This document shows, in pieces, positions 61,201 to 64,000 of a DNA stretch of 64,000 nucleotides (the stretch's first letter is position 1; the number at the start of each line of letters is the position of its first letter). The notes under the pieces were generated by a model that saw nothing but the letters and a program-made list of their open reading frames with translations, was not told the origin of the DNA and did not search any database. Source of the stretch: Macrostomum lignano (lineage: Eukaryota). Location of the stretch: contig NIVC01000941.1 of NCBI GenBank assembly GCA_002269645.1, positions 27,299 through 91,298 of the forward strand, read 5' to 3'. Position numbers and translations under genes: made by a program.

Positions 61201-62688
61201 GGTCAATCCAGTTGAGCTACTATTTGAGTTTCTCTCTCCGCTACACCTGTACACCTGGCTGGCCTTGCTCGGCTCCGGCTTCGCGTCGGGGCTGGTGCTG
61301 GCGGTGCTGCATCGAATTAGCAGGAACGAACAACGGCTCAGCTTGTACGAAGCCATCTACGTCGCATTGGGCACGCTGATCCAGGGCGTGAAGACAACGA
61401 CACCGGATCGTCCGTCTGCAAAGCTGGTGAGAAAAAAACCGTAGAAAATAAAGTGCACCATTTCTAACAAGCGCCAATGCTGTAGGCGGCACGCACTCCT
61501 ACACACACTCAAAAAGGATTTACGGCGGCCCAGACTTTTTAATTGTCAGACATGTACGAGTAGCTCGTACACTCTCTGTGCTTTGGGGGGGGGGGTTGGT
61601 CCTCCCAGTATGAATCGCACGGAACACTTGCAATTTTCGCGAAAAGCCGTAAATGAATGTGGCCAAACATGGAATCCAACCAGGGTTCGTAGCGCGAGGG
61701 TCAGGGGTCTTACCGCTGAGCTTCTCTGCCTCCGAACAGTTGTTAATATTAGAGTAAACTTCTTTCTCGCATTCGATTTTGGCAGGTGACAGTGGTTTTC
61801 TGGCTGTTTGTGTTCCTCTTCTTGATTATCTATGTGTCCAACTATGCAGTCAAGCGGACCCTGAAGCACATCCAAACGGAGATCAGGGGGCTGGAAAGCC
61901 TGCGAAGACAGGAGGCGTATGAATACGGTACGCTGTACGGCTCTGTGTACTTGGGCTTCATGAAGAACTCAATTGATCCACTGGTGTCAGCAGCCTACCA
62001 GTACATCGCCGACAACCCGGAGCGCACTCAGCCGCGGAACATCAGCCAGGCACTCAGCCTCGTCAATACTGGCAAATTCGCCTTCCTCTATAGCAACGTT
62101 TTGAATGAGTACTACGCTAAGATGGGTTGTGGCCTTAAAGTAGTGGGCAGCTTCGGACAAGAAACGATGAATTTGGGTCTACCAAGCAGTATAGAATATG
62201 ATGATTTGATCAATAAGATCATTGACCGACTTATCAGCAGTGGAGAGCGAGACCAGCTCTACAAAAAGTGAGTCGAATTCGCCTTTATTGAAGACGGAGA
62301 CAGCTCAGGATTGAATCAGTACATAAAATCAGAGTTACCTTTTTCTAAATTCCTTGCTTGCAGGTACGCAAATCCGCCCGAAAGCGATCTGCCTGACTGC
62401 ACGAACAAGACTCTACCGTACGCCATTCGCGATTGGATTCCAAAAGAGTCTGAAAACGTTGGCACCCGACGAAGCGCTGTGAACCTCAACCACACACTCG
62501 GAATTACGATTATTAATTTGGTCGGCTGTCTGCTGACTCTACTGTTGGCTGCCCTGGAGTTGGCCTTTCAAACCTACAGGCAGCGACTGCGCAGGCTTCG
62601 GGATGACATGTTGAAGGACCTGAGCCTCCGCATGGAGTCTGCCAATGCAGCCGCAGCTGGCGATGATCTGATGGAGTCAAACGTTTAA
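58266..62688 (+). CDS. Divergent iGluR/IR-like subunit A2 (recent duplicate of A1), join(58266..58356,58453..58626,58959..59443,59544..59723,59954..60079,60248..60367,60461..60577,60989..61426,61786..62267,62364..62688), 845 aa
   Basis: Colinear, near-identical exons to A1 with intact splice sites and frame. Confidence 0.85.
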
Positions 62689-64000
62689 TCCGTGTTGTAT
62701 CGGACTGCAGTTTGATCCGTCACTTGAAAACAATTATCCAACTGTGTAAGCGGTGGAGGGAAAACAAAAGTTGATTGATTGAAAAAACTTCTCATCATAT
62801 TTAATTTCAATCAATCAACTCTCTTTAACAACTTTTGAATATTTACTCAGTCTATAATCAGCGTCCTTCAAAAGAATAACACATAGGACGTATCTGTACA
62901 TGGGTACAATGAGATGTAAGCATCGTTAACTAAACTGGGAGTCAATCCCTACATATATAATTCCTGCAACAAGATGTCCAGTCGTGAGGCTCGAGTTAAT
63001 TTTTCCAAAGGCGCAGCACGGAGAGCACGAGGAGCTTAGCTGATCTCAGTTCATCCAACAATATGCAGAGACCTACGGAGTGTCAGAACGTGGCAGGTCA
63101 GCAGACACTCAACTGTGGTTGTCTCTGAACTGTTTGATCTAGCCATAAATTGCGCTATTCTTAGCACCTTCATCTGATTGGACTTTTCAGAGATGACCTG
63201 CAATTGAACCAGCTGACCACAGAGCGTACTCAATGCAAACTACAGATGAAACTCTTCTTTCCAAAATTGGACCTGTCGATTTGTTAGGCGCTAACCCTTA
63301 CGAGCGAGACTGGAGACGGTCTTGCAAACTTTACGCATTGGCTTGACAATACAATCGGTATTAGGAAGGCTCGAACATCTGTCCGTCTCGTAAATCTGTC
63401 TCCGGCACTAATACCCTCTATGCCTCATTTTTCGGCTGAAAATTAAATTTCGAACGATACCAATCAACAGAGTGAATCAAAACTTAGAAGAGAAAAGCGG
63501 AAAATTCCTACGAACTTTTGGGAGCCCTCGTAAAAAGCCTAGGTTTAAAACTTCTGCCCTGAAAAACATTACGTATTGTATACATTAGTACCAAATCCAA
63601 ATTTAACAAGTAAGCCAATTCAGAGTTTTTCCGTGCAGGCGCCATGAGACTCAACAAGTTTGGCAAACTCTCGCTTGTGTGCACAGGAATTGCTCTGACA
63701 AACACTAAACTGAAGGACTGAACGCAGTGCCTCAGAGAGATCAACATAGCAACAGCCGACATTTATTTATTGTATCTACAATGGAGTTTCTTTGTCCCGC
63801 TGAGAAACTTCATCGTTTGGGGCGTGGCAGCCAAACGTGTCCACACGCTGATCCATGCAAGTCAGAGGCCGCTCTGTTCAAGCACAGGGATGGCACCATT
63901 TGTGACTACTGTGCTACCGCAGGGAAAGTATTTATCAAAGCAAAGACATGAAACCAAGAAACGTGCAATTACTTTTAAACAGTATTCGCGTAGAAAAGGC

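Larger units (their letters stand above)
34830..63805 (+). repeat. Tandem segmental duplication: about 34830-48770 (minus the YR insertion) versus about 50060-63805
   Basis: Matching anchors: 35160/50127, 35798/55890, 38991/58266, 43422/62688, 44077/63549, 48660/63678. Introns and intergenic DNA differ by many indels. Confidence 0.8.

Overview
This is eukaryotic (animal) genomic DNA with GT-AG introns, GC-rich exons and very dense minisatellites. A free-living flatworm such as Macrostomum is plausible, but that is inference only. Intact-looking genes reconstructed by hand: a 3-exon 5-HT1-like aminergic GPCR (+, 2292-15267), a 2-exon FMRFamide-receptor-like peptide GPCR (-, 19671-22712), a 5-exon NAD kinase (-, 30836-34355), and a tandem cluster of highly divergent ionotropic glutamate receptor (iGluR/IR)-like genes on +. 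The cluster holds three full 10-exon genes (A1 38991-43422, B 51902-56336, A2 58266-62688) and two relics (B' 35798-36268, C 48780-49969), produced by a roughly 19-20 kb tandem duplication. Mobile DNA: a Ngaro/DIRS-like tyrosine-recombinase retrotransposon (44260-48540), a TIR-bounded THAP/P-element derivative inside a 5-HT1 intron, Ty3/Gypsy and RTE LINE relics, two CORE-like tRNA SINEs and MITEs. The most interesting signals are (i) an in-phase A_AAA_AAC -1 frameshift heptamer with a downstream GC hairpin linking gag to RT in the YR retroelement, which also has a SAP-domain ORF1 and short TG...CA inverted termini, and (ii) an expanding iGluR-like family that keeps the alpha-carboxyl Arg but has lost the other glutamate-binding residues and has a remodelled gate. 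All exon boundaries and alignments were done by eye; no database search was run.
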